Assembly: GCA_044229975.1 (NCBI GenBank)
Contig: JBGARZ010000008.1
Location: 160,001 to 224,000 of the forward strand
Source of the DNA: Polyangiales bacterium
Lineage (GTDB): Bacteria; Myxococcota_A; Polyangia; Polyangiales; Ga0077539
Direction: 5' to 3'
Length of the DNA stretch: 64,000 bases
Shown piece by piece: positions 17,060 to 27,323 of the stretch. The notes below the pieces were generated by a model that saw only the letters and a program-made list of their open reading frames with translations, ran no database searches and was not told the origin of the DNA. How positions within the stretch are numbered: the first letter of the stretch is position 1; the number at the start of each line of letters is the position of its first letter. Position numbers and translations under genes: made by a program.

Positions 17060-19918
17060 CTACGGGGTCATCCCCTGCCAGCCGTTGCCATCGATGTCGA
17101 CGTACACGGGGTTGGTGTACCCGATGGCGCTGCCCGCGCCGATCGGCGACAGCGACCCGCCGCGCGACAGCACCACGTAGAAGCTGTCCCGCGTCGGACG
17201 CGCCCGCACCGTCGCGTGCCAGCGCACCACGCCCGAGCGCCCCGGCGACGCGTCGCCCACCGTCTGCACGAAGGGATCGGTCACGGCAGTCGCCACCGCC
17301 GCGGTAAACGCGTCCTCGGTGCCCACGCGCGTCAGCGCCAGCGGGCGCCCGTTTTCGAACACCACCAGGTCGCGCGGGTTGACCCACGGCGCCGCCTGGA
17401 GGGTGATCTCCAACGGCACCGTCCCATCCGCGCCCGGCCTGACGACCTCCTGCCAGCCCATGCGCGCCATGCCGTTGACGCGCACGCTGAGCACGATGCC
17501 CGAGGCCACCACCACGCGCTGTCCCCGGATGGCGTCGGTGACCATCGCCTGCGTCACGCGCTCGGGCTGGTCGTCGTTGACGCGCAGCAGGTTGTGCGGC
17601 CACCCGGAGCCGCCGTTGCGCGAGTGCGTGTCGCTGTTGCCCAGCGCGCACGTGTGATCGCCGCGTCGCAGAAACGCGAACCAGTCCTGCATGGTTGCGA
17701 CGGCGCCCGGGTCGGTCGTGGCGAGCCGGCGCAGCGCTTCGTCGTTGGAGGCGAGGTAGTCGCGGGCCTCGCCGACCTCGGTGTTGACCTCCATGGCCTC
17801 CCAGCCCGTCGCGAGCGGAATCGCCATGCCCGACACGGTGCTCCCCGCGTACGTGAACGGGTTGAGCCGGATGCTGGTGAAGTACCCCTTGAGCCCGGTC
17901 GAGCGCGGGTGCGACAGGTGCAGCACCGGGTTGCCGGCCTCGGCGCGGATGCGCGTGAAGAGCTGCTGCGCCGTCTGGTCGGCCCAGTACTGCGCCCCGA
18001 TGTTGGCCGTCGGGTCAGCCGGGTTGATGGTCAGCGGGTAGGCGTTGAAGTGCCCGAGGCCGATGACCGAGATCTCGTCGCCGCGCATCGCGCCGAACCA
18101 CCGCTGGAGGCTCTGCGACGCGATGCACGGTCCGAAGTCGCTGATGTTGTCGTGGTCGGTGGTGGCCGCGTACTCCAGGCCCTCGGCGGTGTCTTCGAGC
18201 ACGCGGTTGCAGAGGCTGCGGCCCGAGTCGATGCTGCCCACCGTGTGCTGGTGGAAGTCGCCCGCCACCTGGCCCGGCGTGTCGAGCACGCGCCGCACGT
18301 CCGCCGTCAGCGTGGCCTCACCGCCGGCCGCGAGCGTGATGTCGCGCTCGACGGTCTCGTACTCCTCGCCGCGCGAGACGATGGCCCGGTAGCGCCCCGG
18401 CTTCACCGTGACGCGATCGACGCCGCCCAGCGAGTACACCGCGCGGTAGAGGCCGTACTCCTCGCGCTCGCCTTCGAGCTCGCCCATGCCGGGGTCGGGC
18501 GCCTCGGCCTCCACGCCGCGCAGGCTCACCTTCATGGGAGCGCGGCCGCGCGTTCCGTCGCGCTCGACGGAGTTGAGATCGAGCACCAGCGTCGCGCTCT
18601 GGCCCACCGTCGGAGCGGCCGTGGCCATGCCTCCGTCGGTGACGGTGACGGTGACGGGCGTCCCGCGGTTGCGCCCCTGATCGACGGCGACGAGGGTGTA
18701 CGCGCCGGGCGCGAGCGCGAGTCGGTAGGCGCCATCGGGCGCCGAGCGGGCCATGGAGCGCACCGGGTTTCCGACGGCGTACGGGGTGGAGTACGCGTAG
18801 ACGAGCGCGCCGGGAGAGGTGGTTCCGGTGACGACGCCGTGCGGGTCGCGGCGGGCTTCCATGAGGGGCTCGACGGCGGAGGTGACGTCGCCGGTGCCGA
18901 TGGAGAAGTAGCGGGTGAAGGAGACGGGCTGGCCCGCCATCGCGGAGATGGAGGGGTAGATGGCGACGGTTCCCGAGGCGTCGACCACGGGGACGGACAT
19001 GGTGCCGGTGGCGGGCGAGACGGCGTAGGAGACGTGGCGGTTGTTCTCGCCGGGGTCGCTGACGGCGACGAGGTAGTGGGGCGGTGCGACGGCGCGCGTG
19101 GCGTCGCCGAAGCCCGTCGCGTCGGTGAAGAGCGTGAGCGCCGAGCCCGCCCCGTAGAACTCCCCCGCCACCGAGGTCGGAACCGACGCGTTGCTGTTGG
19201 ACTGCACCTCCGTGCGCGCCTCCAGCACCGAGCTGTTGGGGCGCAGGATGTAGTGCGTGACGATGCGCACGTCGCGCTCGCGAGCGAGGCCGTCGAGGAT
19301 GTTGATGAGCCGCGTGGGGACGTCGCGACCCACGACGCGGATCGCAGCCGGTCGCCCGCCCGATCCGTCGCACGCGACGGTCACTTCGGCCGCGTTGCTG
19401 ATGCGGTACCCCACCACGCCAAACATCTCGCGGAAGACGTCCCCGCCCGGCGCACCCGCCGGTCGAACGACGTCCATGTCGATGATGTTGCCGCCGTACA
19501 GGTTGTACCCGCTGGCCCGCTGCGGGGTGCCGGCCTGCACCCTCCCCTGGACGATCACCCGCACGCGGTTGTTGTAGATGCGGAGGTGTCCGATGCGCCC
19601 CGCCGCGGCCTCGCCGCCGATGAGCTCGCGCTCGTTGGTGATGACGCCCGCGCGGGCCTCCGTGGCGTCGAGCGAGTCGTCGAGCGCGCGCGGCCCGGCG
19701 GCGGGCGGGCACGCATACGGGTCGACGTAAGGCGGCAGCGGCTGGACGTCGGGCTTCGGCTCGGCGTCGACGACGGCTTCGGCATCGGGGGCCGCATCGG
19801 CGCCGAGGTCGTTGACCGTCGCGGCGTCGACCACGTCGGGCGGGGTCGCCGCGTCGGTGTTGGTCGTGGTGGAGTTGCAGGCGAGGAGCAGCGGAGCGAG
19901 ACCGAGGAGACGTCGCAT
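17060..19918 (-). CDS. CehA/McbA-family (PHP-like) metallohydrolase lipoprotein
   Basis: Lipobox LLAC; GDFHQHT, TDHDN, GHFNAYP, SHPR, GNSDTH, YTNPVYVD. Confidence 0.85.
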   Translation of the reverse strand: MRRLLGLAPLLLACNSTTTNTDAATPPDVVDAATVNDLGADAAPDAEAVVDAEPKPDVQPLPPYVDPYACPPAAGPRALDDSLDATEARAGVITNERELIGGEAAAGRIGHLRIYNNRVRVIVQGRVQAGTPQRASGYNLYGGNIIDMDVVRPAGAPGGDVFREMFGVVGYRISNAAEVTVACDGSGGRPAAIRVVGRDVPTRLINILDGLARERDVRIVTHYILRPNSSVLEARTEVQSNSNASVPTSVAGEFYGAGSALTLFTDATGFGDATRAVAPPHYLVAVSDPGENNRHVSYAVSPATGTMSVPVVDASGTVAIYPSISAMAGQPVSFTRYFSIGTGDVTSAVEPLMEARRDPHGVVTGTTSPGALVYAYSTPYAVGNPVRSMARSAPDGAYRLALAPGAYTLVAVDQGRNRGTPVTVTVTDGGMATAAPTVGQSATLVLDLNSVERDGTRGRAPMKVSLRGVEAEAPDPGMGELEGEREEYGLYRAVYSLGGVDRVTVKPGRYRAIVSRGEEYETVERDITLAAGGEATLTADVRRVLDTPGQVAGDFHQHTVGSIDSGRSLCNRVLEDTAEGLEYAATTDHDNISDFGPCIASQSLQRWFGAMRGDEISVIGLGHFNAYPLTINPADPTANIGAQYWADQTAQQLFTRIRAEAGNPVLHLSHPRSTGLKGYFTSIRLNPFTYAGSTVSGMAIPLATGWEAMEVNTEVGEARDYLASNDEALRRLATTDPGAVATMQDWFAFLRRGDHTCALGNSDTHSRNGGSGWPHNLLRVNDDQPERVTQAMVTDAIRGQRVVVASGIVLSVRVNGMARMGWQEVVRPGADGTVPLEITLQAAPWVNPRDLVVFENGRPLALTRVGTEDAFTAAVATAVTDPFVQTVGDASPGRSGVVRWHATVRARPTRDSFYVVLSRGGSLSPIGAGSAIGYTNPVYVDIDGNGWQGMTP

Positions 19919-20014
19919 GGGGCGCGCATGGTGCCAGCGAGACGGCCGTCACCGCAAAGGTCCGCGGCATGGACTCTGACGAGTGCGTGCACTACCGTCC
20001 GCGGCGCTCCTGCC

Positions 20015-20542
20015 ATGGCGATCTCCAACGACCCACCCCTCCCCGGCGCGCTCGCCGACGACCTCCGCCCCGTCGCCCAACCCCGTCGGCGCGGGGCGCG
20101 CTCGTACCCGAAGTACATCGCGCTCGGGCTGCTGGCGCTGGTCATCGCGGCGGTGGCCTCCACGCTCGGCGGGTCGGCGCTGGTCTATTCGAAGTACGTC
20201 GACGAGGTGGCCACACCCGCCGCACGGGCGCGGTGGGTCGGCCGCACGATTCGCATCGAGGGCCTCGTGGCGCCTTCGTCCATCGCGCACCGGCCCGGCA
20301 CGCGCGACTTTGCGTTTCGCGTGGCGCGCAACCACGTCGAGCTGCCGGTGACGTACAGCGGGGTGGTTCCCGACACGTTCAGCAACTGCACCGGGGTCAC
20401 GGTGCGCGGCGTGCTCGGCCGTGACGGCGTGTTTCGCGCCGACGAGATCGTGGCCAAGTGTCCCAGCAAGTACGAAGCGGCCACAGTGGTCAACGGGGAG
20501 TGCGTCGTGGGGATGGCGCCCGAAGCGCCACGGCGACCATAA
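20015..20542 (+). CDS. ccmE: Cytochrome c maturation heme chaperone CcmE (CxxxY variant)
   Basis: N-terminal TM, YSGVVPDTF, AKCPSKY. Confidence 0.85.
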   Translation: MAISNDPPLPGALADDLRPVAQPRRRGARSYPKYIALGLLALVIAAVASTLGGSALVYSKYVDEVATPAARARWVGRTIRIEGLVAPSSIAHRPGTRDFAFRVARNHVELPVTYSGVVPDTFSNCTGVTVRGVLGRDGVFRADEIVAKCPSKYEAATVVNGECVVGMAPEAPRRP

Positions 20543-20596
20543 ACGACGGATCTTCCCGATGCGTCGGAAGGTGCGTTAGGGTAGGGTCAAGTTTCG

Positions 20597-21352
20597 ATGG
20601 GCGCGCGTACCTTCGCGATCGGCGACATTCACGGCAACCTGGAGGCGCTCAACCTCCTGTTGGATCGCATCGCGCCGGAGAAGGACGACACGGTGGTGTT
20701 CCTCGGCGACTACCTCGACCGGGGTACGCAGTCGAAGGAGACCGTCGAGCGGGTGCGGGCCTTCGTCGACGAGGCGCCGTGCAAGGCCGTCGCGCTCCGC
20801 GGCAACCACGAGGACATCTGGATCGAGTGCTTCAAGGAGCCCAACGCGGGCTTCCTCCTGCCGCGCAGCAACGGGTGCATGGACTCGTTCCGGTCGTTCA
20901 CGGGGTCCGCCCCGTTGGAGGAGGGACAGCCGCTGCGGGCCGAGGAGTTCGTGCAGTACCTCCAGGTGTCGACGTGGTTTCCGAAGGACGTCATCGAGTG
21001 GTTTGAGTCGCTGCCGCTCTGGTACGAAGACGAGCACGCCATCTTCGTGCACGCGGGCCTCGACGGTCGCGACACCGAGTGGAAGCACCCCAAGGACGGC
21101 CGCCAGAAGACCCTGATGTGGATGCGCGAGAAGGGCTTCTACAGCGGCTATGAAGGCAAGCGCGTGGTGTTCGGGCACACGCACACGCGCGACCTGCCGC
21201 AAGAGCACCGTCGCTTCCCCGAGGCGATGCCGTCGGAGCCCGACCGGGTGTGGCTGCGCGGTGAGCTCGTGGGCCTCGACACCGGCTGCGGCCGCGCGGG
21301 CGTGCTCAGCGCCATCGAGCTTCCCTCCCTGAAGATCATCGACACCCGATGA
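20597..21352 (+). CDS. Ser/Thr protein phosphatase (PPP metallophosphoesterase)
   Basis: GDIHG, GDYLDRG, RGNHE, HAG, FGHT, LDTG. Confidence 0.92.
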   Translation: MGARTFAIGDIHGNLEALNLLLDRIAPEKDDTVVFLGDYLDRGTQSKETVERVRAFVDEAPCKAVALRGNHEDIWIECFKEPNAGFLLPRSNGCMDSFRSFTGSAPLEEGQPLRAEEFVQYLQVSTWFPKDVIEWFESLPLWYEDEHAIFVHAGLDGRDTEWKHPKDGRQKTLMWMREKGFYSGYEGKRVVFGHTHTRDLPQEHRRFPEAMPSEPDRVWLRGELVGLDTGCGRAGVLSAIELPSLKIIDTR

Positions 21353-21948
21353 CGTCTCGCCTCACGTCGCCGCTGGCGCTCGTGGCGGGCGTCGCCACCT
21401 GGAGCGCCGCGGAGTACCTCCTCCACCGCTACATCGGCCACGGCCCGCGGCGTCGTCGCGCGCCGCGCTGGTACCAGCGGCTCACACCCGCGGGGCTGCT
21501 CGCGGAGTTCAACGAGGAGCACCTCGCGCACCACGCCGACCCGACGTACTTCGCGCCCACCGAGCGCAAGGCCCTCGCGGCGGTCGTCGCCGTCGCCGCC
21601 GTCGGAACGGCGGGCTCGCTGCTCGTCGGCCCGCGTCGCGCGTGGAGCTTCGCGCTGGGCTTCACCGCGGCGTACGTCGGCTACGAGACGTTGCACCGCC
21701 GCATCCACACGCACCCGCCGACGGGCGCGTACTCCCGCTGGGTGCGCCGGCACCACCTGCTCCACCACTTCCGCGCCCCGCGCGTGAACCACGGCGTCAC
21801 CTCCCCGCTGTGGGACCACGCCTTCGCCACCGAGACGCCCGACGCCGGCAAGCTGCGCGTGCCCGCGAGGCTGGCGCCCCACTGGATGATCGACCCGGCG
21901 ACCGGCGCCGCGCGCGACGCCTACGGCGACGATTACGACGTGGTGTAA
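21349..21948 (+). CDS. Fatty acid hydroxylase/sterol desaturase family protein
   Basis: His boxes EYLLHR..H, HLAHH, HRRIH, HHLLHH; GVTSPLWD. Confidence 0.88.
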   Translation: MTSRLTSPLALVAGVATWSAAEYLLHRYIGHGPRRRRAPRWYQRLTPAGLLAEFNEEHLAHHADPTYFAPTERKALAAVVAVAAVGTAGSLLVGPRRAWSFALGFTAAYVGYETLHRRIHTHPPTGAYSRWVRRHHLLHHFRAPRVNHGVTSPLWDHAFATETPDAGKLRVPARLAPHWMIDPATGAARDAYGDDYDVV

Positions 21949-21988
21949 GTCACACCGAGGCTCTACCGCGACGGGAGGGGCGTGGAGT

Positions 21989-23092
21989 ATGGTCCGCGCC
22001 ATGGGATCCCTTCGTTGCTTCGCGGCGCTCGTGTTGGTGGTGGGTTGTAGCTCCGAGTCCCCCGGCACCGGGGTGGTGGATTCGGGCACGGATGTGACCG
22101 TGGCGGTGGATGTTCCGGCGGCGACGGACGTGGCCATCGACCGGGTGGACGTCCCGCGCGACGTGGCTGGTGATGCGGGCGGGGCGGCGCTCTTCAGCCC
22201 GTGCACCCTGGCGCGCAACTGCGCGGGCATTCCGTCGGCGCAGTGCATCGCGGTGACCGAGGGGTACCCGATGGGCCAGTGCACGCGGGCGTGCACGACG
22301 GACACGCAGTGCGGCGACGGGGGCATCTGCCTGGCGTTCGGGTCGGGCCGCGTGTGCTTCCAGCGCTGCGATACGGGCACCGACTGCCGCGCGGGCTACC
22401 AGTGCTTCCTCGCGCGCGGCGAGGGAACGACCGCCGAGCGGGCGTGCTTCCCGTTCTGCACGGACGACGCGCAGTGCCCGGGCCGGGCGTGCAACCGCTA
22501 CTCGCGCTTCTGCGGGACGCTCGACAACACCCGCGGCGACAACGACGACCCCTGCGAAAACGACGTGGCGTGCCGGAGCGGTCGCTGCTTCGAGGAGTTC
22601 AACACGACGACCGAAGAGCCGAGCGGATACCTGGGCGGTCAGTGCTACTCGCGCTGCACGGTGCCCGCCGCGACGGAGTACGCGGGCTCGACGTACCCGC
22701 GCGGCGACTGCCCCGAGGGGAGCGTGTGCGTGCGCGAGTCGGGTCAGGTCGCGGGCGACACGGCGCTGTGTCGCGGCGGGTGCACGAGCAACAGCGACTG
22801 TCGCGGCGGGTACATCTGCCTGCGCTCGACGCGCCCCGGCGGCGACGCGGGGACGTACGACAACGGCTACTGCGCGCCGATGAACTGTCACTACATGACG
22901 CAGACCTGCCCGGCGGGCGCGACGTGCCTGACGACGCGCACCGACGACGCGGGCGTGCCGACGAGCGGCCGCTGCACGCGCCCGATGGACTTCGACGCGG
23001 GCACCGAGACCGATGGCTCGACCGACGCGACGACGGACTCGTCCGTGACGGACTCGTCTGCGACAGACGCGGGCGTAGCTGATGGGGGCTGA
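21989..23092 (+). CDS. Cys-rich lipoprotein
   Basis: Lipobox VVGC; many Cys repeats. Confidence 0.75.
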   Translation: MVRAMGSLRCFAALVLVVGCSSESPGTGVVDSGTDVTVAVDVPAATDVAIDRVDVPRDVAGDAGGAALFSPCTLARNCAGIPSAQCIAVTEGYPMGQCTRACTTDTQCGDGGICLAFGSGRVCFQRCDTGTDCRAGYQCFLARGEGTTAERACFPFCTDDAQCPGRACNRYSRFCGTLDNTRGDNDDPCENDVACRSGRCFEEFNTTTEEPSGYLGGQCYSRCTVPAATEYAGSTYPRGDCPEGSVCVRESGQVAGDTALCRGGCTSNSDCRGGYICLRSTRPGGDAGTYDNGYCAPMNCHYMTQTCPAGATCLTTRTDDAGVPTSGRCTRPMDFDAGTETDGSTDATTDSSVTDSSATDAGVADGG

Positions 23093-23152
23093 AAGAGGGA
23101 GTGAGGAGAGACCTGGGAACCGGCGCCCACGAGGACGCCGAACCGGTCGCCT

Positions 23153-24439
23153 CTACACGTCGAACTGGCCGGCTTCGAGGAGCTCGGTGATGCGGTAGAG
23201 GAAGTTGTTGGCGGCGACGCCGTCGACGATGCGGTGGTCGTACGAGAGCGCGACGAACATCACCGGGTGGATGGCGATGGTGTCGACGCCGTCGACCTCC
23301 ACCACCACCGGGCGCTTCACGATCTCGCCGGTGCGGAGGATGGCGACGTTGGGCTGCGAGATGACCGCGGCGCCGACGAAGTTTCCCTTCGTGCCGGGGT
23401 TGGAGATGGTGAACGTCGAGCCCGCGAGGTCGTCGGCCTCGATCTTCCCGTCGCGGGCCTTCTTGGCCACGGCGTCGATGCCCTTGGCGAGGCCCTTCAC
23501 GGTGAGCTCGTCGGCGTTGCGCACCACGGGCACCAGCAGACCTCCGGGGGTCTCCACCGCGACGCCGAGGTTGATCTCCTTGATCTTCACGTACGCGTCT
23601 TCGAGCACGCGCGCGTTGAGCATCGGGTTCTCGCGCAGCGCCCGCGCCGTCGCGGCCGCGATGAACGACAAGAACGTCAGCCCCACACCTTCAGCCTTGA
23701 GCGCCTCCTTCCGCGACTCGCGCAGGCGGGAGACCTTGTGCATGTCGATCTCCGCGAACGTGTAGACGTGCGGCGAGACGTGCTTCGAATAGACCATGTG
23801 GTCGGCGATGATTCGCCGACGGCGGTTGAAGGGGACGACCTCGTCGCCGGGCGCCTGCACGTACGGCTTCACGCTGTACCCACCGCGCGGCGCGGCCGGG
23901 ACGGCGCCCTGTGCCTGCGACGGGGGCGCGACGACCTTGATGACCTCGCTCGGAGGCGGCGGAGGCGGCGTGGCCGGACGCGCCGGAGTGGCCGCCGCGG
24001 ACTTGTCGGCAGCGGCGGCGAGGGCGTCGTCGCGGGTCACGCGGCCGTTGTCGCCGGAGCCCTTGATGGCACCGAGGTCGAGGTCGTTTTCGCGGGCGAT
24101 CTTGCGCACGACGGGCGTCGTCGGCGGCTCACGCGCGGGGGCGCTGGCGGCGGGCGCAGGCGCGGCGGCGGGCGCTGCCTTCTCAGCAGGCGCCGCCTTC
24201 GCGGCGGTGTCGATCTCCGCGATGGCAACGTTGACCGGCACGACGGCCTGCTCGGCGGCGAGGAGCTTCAGCACGAGCCCACCGACCGGCGACGGGACGT
24301 CCGTGTCGGCCTTGTCGGTGGAGACGGTGACGAGGATCTGGTCCTTGGCGATGACGTCGCCGGGCTTGACGTGCCACTTCGTGATGGTGCCTTCGACCAC
24401 GCTCTCACCGAGCTGCGGCATGACGACGGGAACTGCCAT
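23153..24439 (-). CDS. Dihydrolipoamide acyltransferase (E2 of a 2-oxoacid dehydrogenase)
   Basis: MPQLGESV..TDKAD lipoyl domain, E3-binding domain, DHRIVDG. Confidence 0.93.
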   Translation of the reverse strand: MAVPVVMPQLGESVVEGTITKWHVKPGDVIAKDQILVTVSTDKADTDVPSPVGGLVLKLLAAEQAVVPVNVAIAEIDTAAKAAPAEKAAPAAAPAPAASAPAREPPTTPVVRKIARENDLDLGAIKGSGDNGRVTRDDALAAAADKSAAATPARPATPPPPPPSEVIKVVAPPSQAQGAVPAAPRGGYSVKPYVQAPGDEVVPFNRRRRIIADHMVYSKHVSPHVYTFAEIDMHKVSRLRESRKEALKAEGVGLTFLSFIAAATARALRENPMLNARVLEDAYVKIKEINLGVAVETPGGLLVPVVRNADELTVKGLAKGIDAVAKKARDGKIEADDLAGSTFTISNPGTKGNFVGAAVISQPNVAILRTGEIVKRPVVVEVDGVDTIAIHPVMFVALSYDHRIVDGVAANNFLYRITELLEAGQFDV

Positions 24440-24557
24440 GAGATCTCTGTCCTTCTCTCCGATGAAGGTCGGCGTGGGGGATGCTGTCGGGCGGAGCGTT
24501 TCCGCGCGCCTTCGCATACCTGCAAGCGTGCGGGGAAGCAATCGCTCCCAGTAGGTG

Positions 24558-26330
24558 CTAGCGGCGCGTGGTCGTCTGGAGCACGTACCAGAGCGCGCTG
24601 CTCGCGAGCGCCAGGAACATCACCGACAGCGCGAGCATCAGCCACCCGGTGGACGACCGCTGCGGCGGCGCCAACGCGGGCACTGGTGCCGACGCGACGG
24701 CGGAGGGCGGCCATCCCGTGGGCGGCATCGTGGGCTGACCCATCGGACCATGGAGCCCAGGCGGCATCGACGGAAACGGGTCTGCCCCCATCGGCGCCAT
24801 GGGTGCCATCGGCGCGGGCATCGGATACGACGGCGCCGCGGGCTGATCCTGGATGGTGGCGGCCTCGATGTTGGCGGGCGCACGAAACTGCGCCGACGGC
24901 GGCTTCACGGTGTCGACGAAGTCCGAGGCGGAGACCTCCGCGGGGTCGTCCTGGGTGACCGGCGCGGGCGCCGACTGCGGACGACGACCGCGGATCTGCT
25001 CCATCACGGGCGACCCATGGCTGAAGAGCGCGGTGTCTCCGTCTTCGTCGTAGTCGGGGTGATGCGACACCGCCTTCGTCGCGGGTGCGACAGGCGCCGA
25101 CGGTCGCAGCGGCGCCGGGCTCATGGTGGGGGTTCGCACCTTCGCCGGGGCGGCCTTGCGCTCGGAGGGCGCGGGCATCGCCATGGTGGGCTGACGCAGC
25201 TTCGAGGTCGGTCGCGGGCCCGACTCCTCCTGGCGCGCGCGCGGCGCAGCCGTGGACGGGAGCACCGCCGGCGGAACATCCGGGTCGGTATTGGAGTGGC
25301 GGACGTGCTCGACGACGGTGGACGACATCGGGTCGAAGTCGACGTCGTTGGTGACGCTCTCGCGCATGGCGCGGCGCTCACGTTCGAGCTTCTGCGAGGC
25401 GACGCCGGAGATGAAGGCGGCGACGTCGCGCCCCGAGGCGACGGACGCAGCGAGGTGCGTCTCGATGGCGTCGGCGAACTCGTCGGCCGAGAGAAAGCGC
25501 TGGTCGGGGTCGGGGTGGAGCGCCTTGCGGCAGATCTCGTCGAGCACGGGCGGCAGCCGCGGGTCGAAGTCGAGGAGCGCCGGGTACTCGCCGGTGAGGA
25601 TGCGGCGCGCGGTGTCGAAGTCGTTTTCGCCCGCGTACAAGCGGCGCAGGGTGACGGCCTCCCAGAGCGTGACGCCCATGCCGAAGACGTCGACGCGGCG
25701 ATCGAGCTGCGCGCTGCGGAGCTGCTCGGGGGCCATGAAGTTCAGCTTGCCCTTGATCATCCCCACCTTGGTGGTGGTGACGCGGGACTCGGCCTTGGCG
25801 ATGCCGAAGTCGACGATGCGCGAGACGCCGTCGACGCCCACCACGATGTTCTGGGGAGAGACGTCGCGGTGGATGATCTTGAGGTGATTGCCTTCGAGGT
25901 CACACAGCTCGTGGGCGGCGTGGAGGCCCGCGAGCGCGTCGAGCACCACGCGCAGGGTGATGCCGAGGGGGATGCGGCGGCGCAGCGAGATGGCGACCTT
26001 CTCCACGTTGGAGAAGCTGTCGCCCTCGATGTAATCCATGATGAGGAAGACGAGGCCGTCTTCGAAGCCGACGTCGATGATGGGGACGACGTTGGGGTGA
26101 TGGATGGTCGCCGCGACGCGCGCCTCGTCGAGGAACATATCGACGAAGGACTCGTCCGAGGTCAGGTGCGCGTGCATGACCTTGATGGCCACGAGGCGCT
26201 TGAAGCCGCCGCTGCCGGTGGAGCGCGCGACGTACACCGAAGCCATGCCGCCGGTGCCGATCTCCGCGATGACCTCGAACCGCCCGATGCGGGATCCGAC
26301 GAGGCTGTTTCGTGCGGCAGCGGGCTTCAT
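24558..26330 (-). CDS. Ser/Thr protein kinase with C-terminal TM helix
   Basis: GTGGMASV, VAIK, HRDVSPQN, DFG, APE. Confidence 0.95.
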   Translation of the reverse strand: MKPAAARNSLVGSRIGRFEVIAEIGTGGMASVYVARSTGSGGFKRLVAIKVMHAHLTSDESFVDMFLDEARVAATIHHPNVVPIIDVGFEDGLVFLIMDYIEGDSFSNVEKVAISLRRRIPLGITLRVVLDALAGLHAAHELCDLEGNHLKIIHRDVSPQNIVVGVDGVSRIVDFGIAKAESRVTTTKVGMIKGKLNFMAPEQLRSAQLDRRVDVFGMGVTLWEAVTLRRLYAGENDFDTARRILTGEYPALLDFDPRLPPVLDEICRKALHPDPDQRFLSADEFADAIETHLAASVASGRDVAAFISGVASQKLERERRAMRESVTNDVDFDPMSSTVVEHVRHSNTDPDVPPAVLPSTAAPRARQEESGPRPTSKLRQPTMAMPAPSERKAAPAKVRTPTMSPAPLRPSAPVAPATKAVSHHPDYDEDGDTALFSHGSPVMEQIRGRRPQSAPAPVTQDDPAEVSASDFVDTVKPPSAQFRAPANIEAATIQDQPAAPSYPMPAPMAPMAPMGADPFPSMPPGLHGPMGQPTMPPTGWPPSAVASAPVPALAPPQRSSTGWLMLALSVMFLALASSALWYVLQTTTRR

Positions 26331-26405
26331 GCGAGGCGGTGTGGCGACGCTACCACAACGCCACAGTCCGCCGGAAGCTATGGACTCGCGCGATGGGAGG
26401 GCGCG

Positions 26406-27233
26406 TCAGGTGGCGACGCGGATGGGTGCGTAGAGACCTCGCGCGCGCTCCACGAGGGGACCGGCGAGGGTGCATCGATCTCCACGTTCGATGCGGCGCT
26501 GGAGGCCGATGAGGCCGCGCTCGTCGACCTTGACGTGTTGCGTCGCCTCGATGGCTGGAGGGTTTTGATCTTCGAGCACACGGCCGAGCAGGGCGGCGTC
26601 GGTACTGTGTCGATAGGTCAGCGTGCGCGGGTACGAGTGCGCCGGGGTGAACGCGGTCAAGAGCTCCAACGGGCCAAAACGGCGGTGCATGGTGAGAGCT
26701 CGGCCGTTCCATTGTGCGGCGCCGACGAGGGTCTTGGCGCGCAGCACGCGGCACCCGAGGGCCTTGGTGAAGGTGCCGAGTCCCTTGAGTCCGGCCTCCT
26801 TTCCGAGCGACCCGACGTTGTGTTCGAAGAACTCTCCGGGTGCCACGGTGGGGATGGCGACGTGGAGCGAGAGCGGCACCCAGACGTTCTCCTGGGGGGC
26901 GACCTCGAAGCGCTCGCGGAGCATCGGGGAGACGTCCTTCGGTCGCACGGCGAGGCCGAAGAGGGCGCTCGGCCACTCGGCGCAGTCATAGAAGACCCAG
27001 CGCTCCATGGCCATCGCCTGCGGGCCGAAGGTCTGCGCGTCGAGGCGCTCGATCCAGGTGAGAAACCTCTGCGACGCGAGCATCGTCGGGTCGATGCGCA
27101 GCGTCTTCGGAACCTTGATGCCGAAGGGCGACAGGTCGAGGTGTTCCCAGTGGGCGCGCGGCGCGACCACGAAGGGTCGGCAGATGCGGAGGACGTCGCG
27201 GTAGATGGGCGAGAGTTCGGGCGTGGCGGCCAT
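26406..27233 (-). CDS. Hypothetical protein
   Basis: Globular, coding-like ORF upstream of and co-oriented with the kinase. Confidence 0.65.
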   Translation of the reverse strand: MAATPELSPIYRDVLRICRPFVVAPRAHWEHLDLSPFGIKVPKTLRIDPTMLASQRFLTWIERLDAQTFGPQAMAMERWVFYDCAEWPSALFGLAVRPKDVSPMLRERFEVAPQENVWVPLSLHVAIPTVAPGEFFEHNVGSLGKEAGLKGLGTFTKALGCRVLRAKTLVGAAQWNGRALTMHRRFGPLELLTAFTPAHSYPRTLTYRHSTDAALLGRVLEDQNPPAIEATQHVKVDERGLIGLQRRIERGDRCTLAGPLVERARGLYAPIRVAT

Positions 27234-27323
27234 CGGTAGGCCCCGGACGCTACCGCGAAGTGGCCGTGACGCGGTGGCCCTTCCCACCGGAGGTCGAGGT
27301 CTCTACGCTCCGCGTCAAAGACG

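Noticed and set aside
7904..20542. Very long alternative-frame ORFs (e.g. 5' parts of 7904-11197 and 17216-20542, all of 12584-15385)
   Set aside because: Arg/Gly/Ala-rich shadow frames of real opposite-strand genes, expected in high-GC DNA; only the 3' kinase and ccmE parts are kept
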